Assembly: GCA_964016885.1 (NCBI GenBank)
Contig: OZ024758.1
Span: 31,930,001-31,994,000, forward strand
Length of the DNA stretch: 64,000 nt
Reading direction: 5' to 3'
DNA from: Eledone cirrhosa
Taxonomy: Eukaryota
The stretch's first letter is position 1. Every line of letters begins with the position of its first letter. The notes below the pieces were generated by a model. The model did no database searches and was not told where the DNA came from. It was given only the letters and a program-made list of their open reading frames with translations. The translations under genes were made by a program, and so were the position numbers. Of the stretch, positions 39,601 to 52,316 are shown piece after piece.

Positions 39601-40265
39601 AATTTCAGGATTCTGAAGCCTTCCTCATTTCTAGTACCAAAACCATAGCCTCCATGGGTTCCATCATAGCCGTCACAATGTTGTCCAACGTGACCATTTA
39701 GGTCGCCAGCGATAATTATGTAGTTACTGTTGGTTATTTGGGAGGTAGTGAGCATTAGCGACTCATAGAATCTGTCCTTTATAATGTCAAGTAGACCGGA
39801 TTGGGGTGCATACGTGGATATTATTGTCACAGGAGTTCTATTTAGGACAAGTCTTATTTTAATTATTCTGTCATTCACTCTATTTACGTCAATTACCTTA
39901 TCTACCCATTTTTCTGCTAACATAATTCCTACTCCACCCAGCCCATTGTCATTTCCCACCCAGAAAAGTTTCTAGCATCGTTTTTTACCCACAATGAATC
40001 TAGCAGACCCACCCCTCCACCTGGTCTCTTGAACACAACAAACATCAACTTCTTTACGTTCAAGCATCTTGTTAGAGCGACCTTTTAAAGTGTTACATTC
40101 ATGGTACCAACTCTGAAGTTTTGGGTTTCATTGGGTGGGTGGAAGGGATGGGTTGCAGGTGCAGGGAGGGGTGTGGGAGATGGAATTATATTGGCCATCC
40201 GTGTCTGAAATAAAGAGGAGTCCGTGCATTCTCGTCCGGCAGTGGGAGGCGAATTTATCTTTGCA
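36692..40265 (-). mobile_element. RTE LINE, near full length (APE plus RT with PHD insert), few disruptions
   Basis: ORFs 38490-39959 (TYAPQ, AGDLNGHVG, QIDYIL, SQH), 38259-38486, 37990-38223 (YADD) and 37090-37953 (C4HC3). (CAT)n tail. Confidence 0.95.
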
Positions 40266-40430
40266 TGGACACACTGGAAGAGGAAAACCGAAGTTAACAT
40301 ATGTTGATGCCCTAAGGACAGACACTAGTCTGTTGGAGACGCAGGACATGGAAGCAATAATGAGGGACAGAGACCGCTGGAGAGAACTTGTCCATGGATT
40401 TCGGGAATTTTACCTGTCCTAGATAGGTAG
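40262..40430 (+). mobile_element. RTE (third family) 3' fragment
   Basis: HGHTGRGKPKLTYVDAL...MRDRDRWRELV; reverse complement of 2203-2355. Confidence 0.7.
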
Positions 40431-40476
40431 AGTTATATATATGCATATATATATATTTATATATATATATATTTGC

Positions 40477-40510
<34 letters not shown>

Positions 40511-40616
40511 TTATATATTTATATATTTATATATATATATATTTATATATTTATATATATTTATATATATATATTTATATATATATATATATGCATATAT
40601 ATATATATATATGCGT

Positions 40617-40651
<35 letters not shown>

Positions 40652-42900
40652 TTTACGTCCGCTTTTCCCTGCTTGCACGGGTCTTATTCAGCACAGCATC
40701 TCTCCACTTATCACGGTCCTTCGTCATCTCCACCGTGAGCTTCAGCGATCTGAGGTCTGCTCTCACCACTTCTGCCCATGTTTTTCGTGGTCTACCTCTA
40801 CCACGTCTTCCTTCAACTGGCATTTCCTGGCACTTCTTCACCCATCGGTCATTCTCCATGCACATCACAGTCCATACCACCTCAGTCTCCTCTCCCGTAC
40901 ACTACACTCTATCCCTCTCAGACACAGTTTCTCTCTCAACACATCCATGCTGGGTAGTTCATGCACATTGTCATTGCACATCCAACGGAGCATGCTTGCC
41001 TCATTCCTCTCCACCCATTGCATATCCTCTGCAGTTGCTGCCCAAGTCTCACTACCATGCAGTATCGCGCTCCTCACACAGGCATCATATAACCGGCCTG
41101 TTGTACGCAGGGAGAAACCCTTCTTTGTCAGCAGAGGAAGCAGCTCCCTAAACTTCTTCTAACCCATCCTTATTCTAGATACTATGGCCTCGGAACACCC
41201 TCCTCCCATGCTAATCTGATCTCCTAGGTACCGGAAGCTATCAACCACTTCTTTAGCACCCTCCTGCATTTGAAAAATGTGTCTATCAATGCGACTTCTA
41301 CTGTCTAATTTCCCTGTACATCTACTGCATACATATTTCTCCCTACCTGTTAGTTTGCCTGACGGTCCAGCGGCCTTACAATTTTTCATTTCCTTAATCA
41401 CCTCTTGGACCCTATGTTCGTCAATCTCAATAGCTGGTCCCTCTGTCGGATCTACTGAGGGTAATTTCTCTCTCTCCCCCATTCGTTCTCCACATTCATC
41501 AGTCTCTCATAATGACATTTCCAGGCCTCCTTTTTCTGATCATTCGGGACACTAAGTACACCGGCATCATTCCGGACACATTTATCTCCAACAACATCCT
41601 GATTTGCATTGCAATGCGGAACACCGCACGTCTCTGATCTTCCCGTGGCAGAACATTGGCAAACCTCCTACTCTCAGCCTCCCTGCGTGCTAAGTACACC
41701 TGACGTCAGCTTCTCTCTTAGCGGCTGTATATCCCTCTCTACTCCCACCCTTTTTCCAAGCCTTCCATGCTAGTCTTTTGTCTCTAATGGCCCTATCTAC
41801 CGTGCTGTAGACAGGTCACTCTCTGTCTGGTTGGAGCTCTGCTCCAGTCACAAGTGTCATCAGTAGCCTGCAGTAAGTTGTCACGTAAGAAATTCCAGTT
41901 ATCATCTATATCATACGATTCTAAATCGTCTTCTTTTTCATCATACACATCTTGAAGGGCTTTCCTAAATTTGTATTTTAGTGAAAGGTCTTTTAGCTTC
42001 CAGACCTTTCTTCTCCACACCTTCCTGTATGTCTGATTCCGTCTCTTGCTTACTAAGATTTCACTAACGACTAACCTATTCTCTGGGGTACATTCTTCCC
42101 CAGGGTATGCTTTGGTATTTGAGACCATCTGCCTGTCCCACTGCCTAACTATTAAGAAGTCAATCTGGCTTATGTGCTCGCCTGATTTGTAGGTTATTAG
42201 GTGGTTGGCAGGTTTCTGGAAGTTAGTGTTGCAAATGGTCAGTGTACTTGCATCACAAAATTCAAGAAGTCACACTCCTTCTTCATTTCTTGAGCCATAA
42301 CCGTGCCCACCATGTACTCCAGTGTAACCATCCTGGAGCTGTTCAACATGACCATTGAAGTCTCCTGCTAGCATAACGATGTCTCTGTCCTCTGTCATTG
42401 CGGTTGTTTGTAAAAGTTGCTTGTAAAAGCAGTCTTTCTCTTCTTTACCTAAGCCTGCTTGGGGAGCATAGGCAGAGATGATTGTCAGTAGTCTCCTGCC
42501 TACAACTAATCTAAGCTTAATTATTCGATTACTAACTCGAACTACCTCTATTGTCCTATTGATCTATCTCTCAGCCAGGAAAATGCCTACTCCCCTTAAC
42601 CCATCATCCTTACCTACCCAGAAAAGCTTATAGCTAAGATGTTTGCCTGCGACTATAGTCTTGCAGAGGCACCTCTCCATCTCACCTCTTGCACGCAGCA
42701 CACATCCACATGCCTTCTCTCCAGAATCTCTGCTATTTCACCAGATCTACCTGTGAGGGTGCCAACATTAAGTGTTGCAACTCTGAGATGCAACGTCTTC
42801 ATATTTTGTTGTTGTTCCTTTTCCTGTAGTGCGATTGCTTGAAGACGGTTGGAGGGTTCTCGCACATGGCTGCACCAGCCACGCCACTACCGTGCGCAGC
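40617..42900 (-). mobile_element. RTE LINE family B with internal deletion of the RT core
   Basis: APE start LRVATLNVGTL...CCVQEVRW. KAAGPSG is joined directly to KLTGREKYVCSRC. (CAT)n tail. Confidence 0.88.
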
Positions 42901-43112
42901 CCTAACATGGTTAGTGCTATTGCTGTTTACGCAGTTATTGTGATATATATTTGTTGTTGTGCTCATACAGCATAGACTGGGTGCTTTTATTCATGCCACC
43001 AGCACTAGAGAGGATGTTTTACTGGACTCATGGGCCCTCTCTACCCCTCCATTTTACAGCATGGTCATAACAATAATAACAATAACAATAACACTATTAA
43101 TAGTTATTAATT

Positions 43113-44105
43113 AATGATTTCTTTATTGGCTACAAGAAAAACATTACAGACGCCACAGGACGGTACGAAAAAGAAAAAAGACATAGAAACATATATATAT
43201 ATAACAATAAAAATGAAAATTCAAACAATGAAAAATTCCCCAATAGGGGGGAAACCTCCGAGGGTTACTCGTGGCGAAAACCACACAAAAGACCATGGCC
43301 ACCCTGACCACCAGGGCAAGCGCCCTCTCTCAATTGTTTACCATTCCTCAAACTACAAGCATATATTCAGAGCGGTCCCGTTCCCTTGGACCATTCTCAC
43401 GACATTTACCCACCTTTCAACAAACTTGCTAGAAGACATGCCCTTGCCTCTCCACCCTGATTTTCCTCTTCACTTTTTAAAGTGAAACTTGAAAAAGTTA
43501 ATCAGGGATTCGCCAAAGAAGAAAGTGTCTGTCTTTAACCCTTTCAACCTTGTCCACCACACAATCTCTTTCGCCATGGCCACCAGGCAGATGAAAACTG
43601 CCTGCTCTTCCTCCTCGAAGGAAGACGGCGAGACCATCTGCACAATGGACTCAGTCGATAACCGGATCGGTCCTACACGTGACAGCAACTGTTCGACATA
43701 GCTCCACAAGTCAGCAATGCTCGGGCACTGAACAAGTGTGTGCACGACAGTTTCGTCGCTCTGCGTGCATCTCGGACAGGCTCGGCTGACGGCACTTCCG
43801 TGCCTGTAGAGCTTATCTCAAACTGGCAAAGCTCCCCGGGAGCACTGCCAGGCCAGGGATTTCTGGAAGTTATCCATAGGCCTTGGGCTGAAAGTTCTCC
43901 AGAAGAGAGCAAACAGCTGATTTTCTTCGACGCCCAGGATCTCTCCGAGATGTCGTCGCTCTTCCCCTCCACTAGTCCTCTATAGAACGCTGAGGTGGAT
44001 GTTCCACCGATACTGGTGTCCAGCTGGCAGAGGGCAGTGAGCACCTGGAGACATTCCAGTTTCCAAGCGCTCTCCCTCGGTGTTTTCCTGACCCAGGACT
44101 GCAGT
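43113..44105 (-). mobile_element. L1/Tx1-like LINE 3' fragment
   Basis: Homologous to 32250-33220 (AFYRGLVEGK, HTLVQCPSIADLWSYVE). The polyA signal appears as tttatt near 43122. Confidence 0.85.
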
Positions 44106-44206
44106 TAGTTATTAATTAATGCAATCGTGCAATGCCTGTGCGTGAAGAATATTTTTAAAGTGAGCAAAGACTGTGCATATATATATATGCATATATATAT
44201 ATGTGC

Positions 44207-44240
<34 letters not shown>

Positions 44241-44522
44241 GTGTGTATATATCATCATATATATATATATGTACATATATATATCATCATCATTATCATC
44301 ATCATTTTACGTCCGCTTTTCCCTGCTCGCAAGGGTGGGATGGGAACTGATTCTGGCTTGATTTCTACAGCTGGATGCCCTTCCTAACACCAACCTCATT
44401 TACAGTGACGGCCGGGTGCTTTTTTTCGTGGCGCCTACATGTCCACTTTACAGTGTGGGCCGGGTGTATATATATGCATATGCATATATATATATATATG
44501 CATATATATATATATATATATG

Positions 44523-44560
<38 letters not shown>

Positions 44561-44683
44561 GGAGGTGAGTTTTATTGTAGTACAATAAAGCAATGCAGAT
44601 ATCGGATAAGAAGCACTCTACAGTTTGTGGGACTGGAGTATGCATAATATAAGATCAAAAGATGGTTAAAGGAGTTCCATATA

Positions 44684-44750
44684 TTTTATTATGCGCATTT
44701 CAAAAACAAACATCATCAAGCAATAATATTTGTGTTTTCATCAGATAAAA
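44684..44750 (-). ncRNA. Type I hammerhead ribozyme, canonical
   Basis: TTTTAT-CTGATGA-AAACACAAATATTAT tgcttg ATGATGTTTGTTTTT-GAAA-TGCGCA-TA-ATAAAA. Confidence 0.85.
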
Positions 44751-44849
44751 CAGGAGAACATGATATGAAGGCTAAAAAACACTTGTGGATGTTGATTTAA
44801 AACTGCACTATCCACAAGTGTTTTTTAGCCTTCATATCATGTTCTCCTG

Positions 44850-44916
44850 TTTTATCTGATGAAAACACAAATATTATTGCTTGATGATGTTTGTTTTTGA
44901 AATGCACATAATTAAA
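44850..44916 (+). ncRNA. Type I hammerhead ribozyme, inverted twin of 44684-44750
   Basis: Same motif with single changes in stem III (TGCACA) and stem I. Confidence 0.7.
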
Positions 44917-44948
44917 TATATGGAACTCCTTTAACCATCTTTTGATCT

Positions 44949-44979
<31 letters not shown>

Positions 44980-45868
44980 CAGGGTGTGGACGATATTTGT
45001 TCGCAAGATTACTGTCTAGGAAAAAATAACACAGTAGTTTTATTTTTTAAGATTTATTTATCAAACTTGGGTCAGTTTGTCTTCATGACTTGTTCTTTCG
45101 ACCTCACTCGATAAACCTGCCATTGGCTTTGATGACGGCCTCAAGGTGGCCTCGGAACCGGCTACAGGCCTTCGTCACTGTCCCCTGACTTAGGCCCCTA
45201 AAGGCACTTGTGATCCTGGCCTTCAGATCGTCTTTCGTATTGCAGCTAGATCTGTTGGTGTCTCTTTCCACTGCGCCCCACACAAAGAAGTTGAGGGGGT
45301 TGCAGTCATGCGAGCTGGGAGGCCAGATGACAGGTGAAGTGTGGTCGACGAAGTTCTCTGACAGCCAGGCTTAGGTCTTTCGGCTGGTATGGCAGGGCGC
45401 TGAGTCTTGCTGCCGCATGTACGGCCTACCTGCAGCTACCTGGTTGATCCAGGGCTTTACTACCTCGCTCAGAACGCGGATGTAGCCATCGGTGTTCAGC
45501 TTGTGGCCCTCAAGGAAGAAGTGAGGTGGCATGATGTCACCTTGACTGCTGACGACACCTAAGACCAATGTTGTCGCTGGAAACTTTGTCTGCATGACTC
45601 TGGGCATGTCTTTGGATGAGTCAGCGAGCCACCTGTTGTTCTGGGAGTTGACCTTCTGGTCTTATTTGTCCTCCTGGCGCGAATTCCAACAAGAACTCTG
45701 TGTCTCTTCCACAAATTTGGAGGTTCAAAATTATTCATAATCAATTATTCTGAAAATAAATAATGAAAATATAGTCACTGTTTTTATGAAGACAAGAGTG
45801 ACAACGGAAGTAAAAAATATTTGCATAAAATTAGCAGTTGAAAATTGTGAACAAATATCGTCCGCACC

Positions 45869-45871
<3 letters not shown>
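44980..45871 (-). mobile_element. Tc1/mariner maT-type (DD37D) element, internally deleted
   Basis: TIRs CAGGGTG(T/C)GGACGATATTTGTTC within (TA)n. QQDSAPCH...WPPSSHDCNPLN gives 37-residue spacing, with the last D changed to N. Confidence 0.88.
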
Positions 45872-45929
<58 letters not shown>

Positions 45930-45934
45930 TATCC

Positions 45935-47650
45935 TCATCATCATCATCATCATCATTTAACGTCCGTGTTCCACGCTTGCATGGGTTTGAACGGGAGTTT
46001 TCCCACTTGAGGCAAGAGTGGTTGTCTTGCTCACATAGGACTGTCTGACGGGTTTGCTACAGCTGGATGCCCTTCCTAACACCAACCACATTTACAGTGT
46101 GGGACTGGGAAGTTTTTACCGTGTTGCCTACACGGCCACATTACAGCATGGAATGTGTGTTTTTTTTGTCGTGACACCTACACGATCTCATTTGTTTCGG
46201 CCTGGATGTTGTGGCACCAACATAACTTTATATTGAAGAGGGCGGTGTGGATGGGGTGGGGGTGTTAGGACGGGGGTGTATTTTGTTAGAGATGCCTACT
46301 GACTGTAGTAGGTTTTACTTTGTATTTAGGTAAGGCGGGTCTTCTCTATTACTGAGTACCGCCAAAGATCTCGGTCCAGTGACATTGTCTTGGAGAGGTG
46401 TAAGTGTGTGAGGTCGGAATTTATCAGGTCGTCCCAGGTTTTTCTGGGTCTGCCTACTCCGTGGCTACCGTCTTTTTTTATTGCCCTGCATTTTTTTATA
46501 CAGCTGTCGTCTTTCATGCGCATCACGTGACCATACCAACGTAGCCTTCTCTCGAGTAAACAACATCTGATCCCTCTTATTTCTAATTTTTCCCTTAGTT
46601 CGTTTATGCTTTGCCGTTCACGTATATTACTATTACACATCCAGCGGAGCTTGCAAGCTTCGTTCCTCTCCAGTCTGCGTATATCCTCTGCACACAATGC
46701 CCAGGTCTCACTGCCATGCAGCATTGCTGTTCGTATGCAGGCATCATACAGCCTGCCTTTCATTTTTAGGGAGAACCCTTTAGCGGCTAATAGTGGTATA
46801 AGCTCTCTGAACTTTTTTCATCCAGTTCTGACTCTAGCTACTGTACTTTCAGAGCACCCTCCCCCACTGCTGATTTTGTCACCCAGGTAACGGAAGCTGT
46901 CCACTATTTCTATAGAACCCTCTGCGCAATTGAAAGAGCTAGTATTCTGTGGGCACTTGCTGCTACTTATTGCACCAGAGCACCGGCCACATGTAAAATC
47001 TATGTTCTTAGTTAGCTTACCTGTGATCCCACTACATCTTTTATGCACCCATACTTTGCATTTGGGACATAAAATGGAGTTTCTACCTACACCTTTCCTA
47101 CACACTGAGCATGGCCATTTCCCGGAAGGGACCGGCGCCTTATTTTCTTTCCTACAAACTAGAACTTTAGTCTTAGCCAGGTTAATTTTAAGGCCTTTTG
47201 ATTCTAGGCCGTGCTTCCATGTTTGGAATTTCTTCTCTAGCTCAGCCATTGATTCAGCTATGAGCGTTAGATCATCTGCGTATAGGAGTTCCCATGGGCA
47301 GCCGGTCTTGAACTCCACAGTTATAGCCTGAAGGGCAATAATAAATAGTAGGGGGCTAAGAAGAGAGCCCTGATGAACACCAACTTTTACGCTAAACTCT
47401 TCACTATATTCGTTGTTAATTCTAACCTTGCTGACTGTTTCTTTATACATGGCTTGTATAGCTCTCACAAGCCATTCATCAACACCTAGTTTTCTAAGAG
47501 CCCACCAGATAATGGAATGGGGGACTCTGTCGAAGGCTTTCTCCAAGTCGACAAAAGCTAAGTATAGGGGTTTACTTTTAGCTAGGTACTTCTCCTGTAG
47601 TTGTACAATGAAAAGAGCATCTGTGGTACTTTTGCCTGACACAAACCCGA
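45935..47650 (-). mobile_element. RTE LINE 3' half
   Basis: ORFs 46818-47690 (RT, YADD, C4HC3) and 46326-46763; (CAT)n tail. Confidence 0.92.
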
Positions 47651-48910
47651 TCATCATCACCGTTTTACGTCCGTTCTTCCACGCTAGCATGGGTTAAACG
47701 GGTTGTCCTGTTGTGGGCAGTGTCTGGTCGGCTGACCTTGTCTTGCTCATAGGGGAACTGATTCTGGCTTGATTTCTACAGCTGGATGCCCTTCCTAACA
47801 CCAACCTCATTTACAGTGAGTGCTGGGTGCTTTTTTTCCGTGACGCCTACACGTCCACTTTACAGTGTGGGCTGGGTGCTATTTTGCCGTGGCGGGGGTG
47901 GGGGCATATTGTCTATATGCTTCAGCTCTGGCTTGTACCTGTGGGGAGTCGGGTCTCCTGTATTACTGCGTGACGCCAGAGGTCTCGGTCCTGTGTCATT
48001 GCTTTAGAGAGGTGCAATTGGGTAAGGTCGACCTTCATCACCTCATCCCAGGTCTTCTTGGGTCTCCCCACTCCGCGGTTTCCATCGACTTCTACTGCTC
48101 TGCACCTTTTTATGCAGCTGTCATCCTTCATATACATCACATGTCCATACCAACGCAACCGCCTCTCCTGCACACAGCATTTGATTCCTCTTATGCTCAG
48201 GCGCCCTCTCAATTCATTTATACTTTGCCGTTCGCGTATATTACTATTACACATCTATTAGACCATGCAAGCTTCCTTTCTTTCTAATCTACGCAAGTCT
48301 TCTACAGACAGCGCCCAGGTCTCACTACCATGTAACATTGCTGTTCGTATGCACGCATCATACAGTCTGCCTTTCATTTTGAGGGAAAAGCCTTTTGCAG
48401 CTAGCAGTGGCAGTAGCTCCCTGAACCTCTTCCATCCCGTTCTTACCCTAGTTATTGTACTTTCTGAACACCCACCTCCGCTGCTAATTCAGTCACCTAG
48501 GTAGCAGAAGCTGTCTACTGTTTCTACAGAGCCCTCCCAGAGTTTGGTGGTGCTTGTTTCCTGTGACTGTTTGCTGCTTGCTGTCCCAGCACAGCTGCTA
48601 CATGTGAAGCCTACATTCTTAGTTAAGCTTCCTGAGATCCCGCTACATCTCTTGTGTACCCATTGTTTGCATTTGGGGCAGAGAATGGAGTTCCTACCTA
48701 CACCTTTCCTACATACTGAGCAAGGCCATTTCCCTGAAGGGATCTGGGTTCTGTTTTCTCGTCTACTTACAAGGACCTTAATCTTTGTCAGATTGACTTT
48801 GAGACCCTTTCTTTCTAGTCCCTGCTTCCAAGTTTGGAATTTCTTCTCTAGTTCAGTTAGATTCAGTTATAGATTCAGTTATAAGTGCGAGGTCATCTGC
48901 ATACAGGAGG
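47651..48910 (-). mobile_element. RTE LINE 3' fragment abutting the previous copy
   Basis: (CAT)n tail at 47651; PHD region and RT C-terminus. Confidence 0.88.
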
Positions 48911-49129
48911 ATATATATATATATGCATATATATATATATATATGCATATGAAGTGGTACCTTGTCTTTAAAGTGTAGACATATCCTAGACCCTCAGTAG
49001 ACAACTGATGAGGCAAACTCCCCCCCCCCCCCCTGTTCTTGCTTTCTTCGTATTCCCACTGCATTTTAAGTTACCTTAAATAGAAACTACACAGCCATTT
49101 CTATTCTCCATATATACATATATATATAT

Positions 49130-50700
49130 TTAGGTTTGTTGGTTCACCACTGGATAGAATTGGTTATTTCGTATGGTCAATCTTGATGTAATATTATGGA
49201 GAGTACTCAACGTAATGTAGCTCACCCCTCTTCATTTGTGTAGTTGGTGGTGCGAATACGGAGTTAATTATTATAAATAAAATAACAGGAGGCTGGACTG
49301 GTGTAAATCCTTGAAAGGTTTATTATACTATGATCATTTCAATGACCGGGTTCCGTATGAATCCGGTGATATCATCAGGTATTCGAAATATAACAAAGGA
49401 ACATAACAGATAAAATCCATGGGTCCGAAAATCAAAGACAAAGAGGACGACTGACCAACTAGCTGCCTTCACCTCGGTCAGTCGCCCTCAAGTGATGGCT
49501 ACTCGGTCTACTAATGACCATCTGGTGAGGGGGCGAAGGCTTATAATGTACTACCACCTCTCCGTTAAAGAGAAAAAGAAGAAAGAAAGAAAGAAGAAAA
49601 GTCAGCGTAAGGGTCACACTACAGTCAGGCTAGAAATCGCTGCGAAAAATGTTATTCCAAAGAACCTATATCTTAACAGAGGCATATATAGTAGGCGTCT
49701 GTATGGTATAATGTGTGAACAGAAAATTGGAACGTTAAACTTATGTTTAGAGTTTTAGGATGAAATCAAATTAAAAAATTAAAAAATTAAAAAATTAAGA
49801 AAAAAAAATTATTAAAAAATTAAAAAATTAAAGGTTTGGGTTGCGAGATTTATTTAATTAAATTACAGAGAGAGTCTTACATGAAAAAGTTTAAGTGTAT
49901 TATAGAGAATCTCGATAAGTTATTAGGGTGGGATATAGAGTAAAGATTAAAGCTTTCGATTGTAAATCCCAGCCAGCACCTCCTAACCACGTGTCAGCCA
50001 GTTTCGAATGGTATCGTCTAGTGAAAGAAATGGAAATTAATTTTTCCGAGTACTCTTGGAACGTAACTGCCTTAGGCTTCGGGTGTGCTAGTGGGAAGTC
50101 TACCATCTTCAACAGGCCATCGTCTATACCAAACAAATACTATAAATTCACACAGGAGGGGTTTATTTATGTGCCAGTAGAGAGAAGCATGATACAGCTA
50201 ATAGTTATGCTTAGGCCTAGAGTTTATAGGTATAATATGGTGGTCAAAACAGGCCCGGAACGAAGCGAGCCGCTCCGAGTAATTTCGTTTACCGAAAGAG
50301 GGGAAATTTATTTTTCCAAGCACTCAAGGAAGGCTGAACTACCCGAGCGCCCGGCGCGCAGCCGGGAAAGCCACCACATCAGTCGAAAGTGGTAAAACCC
50401 GATGAAATGCGCCAATAGACTATATCTAAGTCCCAGTTAGTCCGGGTTATAAGTAGTGTGATTCTTTGGTTTTGAAGATCCTATCGAAGTTGGATATATT
50501 TTCTTTTCCATCTGATTTTTTATCAAAATGTAAAGGCACGCCATCTAAGTCTTCTTATAAACGAGTCCGATTTCTCAATAAGTTGTTTAAGATAGTCCTT
50601 ATTCCTAGGTAAAGGTATGTCTTTTAGAGAAGAAGAGATCTTAAAGAATTCCATTTTAATCAGTTATAATTTAAAGTGCTCAACAATAAAGGAGCTAAAT
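49130..50700 (-). mobile_element. Non-autonomous Naiad-derived PLE (N-terminal ORF remnant plus structured 3' region)
   Basis: The minus-strand ATG at ~50654 gives MEFFKISSSLKDIPLPRNKDYLKQLIEKSDSFIRRLRWRAF, resembling a Naiad N-terminus. No RT or GIY-YIG follows; an HHR lies near the 3' end. Confidence 0.65.
49325..49382 (-). ncRNA. Minimal type I hammerhead ribozyme, canonical core
   Basis: ATAC-CTGATGA-tatcACCGGaTTC atacg GAAcCCGGTcatt-GAAA-TGATCA-TA-GTAT, then AATAAA. Confidence 0.82.
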
Positions 50701-50772
50701 ATATGCAGAGGTTATATTTAATTTGTTGTACTTTCTAATATTTCTACTTCATAAATATACTTTGTATTATTA

Positions 50773-50940
50773 GCAGTATCGGACGCCATGCTTTCCAGCA
50801 TAGTTATGTCCCTTTACGATCTGAGTTCAAATCCCGCCGAGGTTGACTTTGCCTTTCATCCTTACGGGGTCGATAAAATAAAGTACCAGTAATGCACTGG
50901 GTAATTGCTGGCCTTGTGCCTAAAGTAGAAACAATTATTA
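50773..50940 (+). mobile_element. tRNA-derived SINE
   Basis: Same B-box, core and 3' end as the other copies. Confidence 0.8.
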
Positions 50941-52107
50941 CACTTATCAATCCTACCTCCAAAAATATATCATAACCTTTTTGTATGACTACTTGAAATT
51001 CTTTTAAGAAAAGGTTTTGAAAATTCTAAAAATTTCCTTTGAAAGAACTTTCTGAAGGTTTTTGAGAATTTTTTTAAAGGCTTTTGGTAAAAAATTTTTT
51101 GAAAGATCCTTTTGAAAGATACGGAAAAACCATTATTTTCATATCTTACAATATTTTTATATCTTCCAATATTTTAAACATTTTTAATATTTATGTATTT
51201 TCATATATTTCCAAATATTTATATATATGTGGAATAATGTATGGTCTATGTTTTAATTATATTTTAAGATGAATTTTTATAACTTCTTATAACTTTTTAA
51301 AGAGATTTTTATATATCCTTGGAGTCATTTGAGTTTTTAAAAAATCCCTTTTAACTTCCTTATTGTTTTTATAATCTCAATTTTTATAGTCTTAATTTAT
51401 AGTCTGAATTTTTAAATGGTTTTAGTATATACTTCTAATTAAGTACTTATTCCTCTGTAAACTCTCGTAATTTTTCGTAATCTTTGGAATTATTTAGGTG
51501 TTTAAGATTGGACTTACAACGATTAATAAATTCTGGCTAAATATAATTTTGCCAAATTTACTTTAATTAAATAAACAATACTAAGTTTTTTTCCAATGTA
51601 AAATAATTTATAATCTATAACATACTCATCTAAACCCATATATTATTAATACATCTTAATATATTTTAAATACTTCTTTTTGTAATATATCCTATTTTTA
51701 ATTAAATTTTAACAATATTTTTATTTATTCTTAATTTAATTTTTAACGTATCATTATAAATATTATAAACATAGCATAATGAACGTTATATTTACGATTT
51801 GAGTATTCATCCATGAACAACTCATTTCTTCGCTCGCTTCTCTTCACTATCACTATGCATAATCTTGTCTTTCTTTCCCCCCTTTTTTATCACCCTTTTT
51901 CTTTCTTCTTCTCTCTTTCTCTATTCTTTCTCTCTCCCTTTCAATATTTTTTCTAAACCGTTGTTTTTTCAATTTTTCTGACACTCATTGGCATACTCAC
52001 TCATAACTTTGAATCACCCTCAATATTATCTCCACCATCCAGCGAACCTCAACCGTTAAAGTTGTCTTTATGCGGTTATGTCAATATTTATTTATAAAAC
52101 AAATTTG

Positions 52108-52173
52108 TATTTCATCTGATGAAAGCGCACCATAATTTGCCTTGGTCGCCCTTGAAATATATATAATAAAATA
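52108..52173 (+). ncRNA. Minimal type I hammerhead ribozyme
   Basis: TATTTCAT-CTGATGA-AAGCGCACCA taatttgcct TGGTCGCCCTT-GAAA-TATATA-TA-ATAAAATA. Confidence 0.65.
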
Positions 52174-52316
52174 ATTATGGTTTTATAAATATAGTTTCCA
52201 TTTGTTAATATATTGTATATTTACTCCACTAATATGTTGAGTGCTTTATAACAGTTATAAAATGTTTAAGCTTGTTGAATCCCAACAAATTAAATATAAC
52301 CTCTGCATATATATAT

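Noticed and set aside
37382-39975. Plus-strand ORFs overlapping RTE copies
   Set aside because: They are antisense shadows of the minus-strand RTE ORF.
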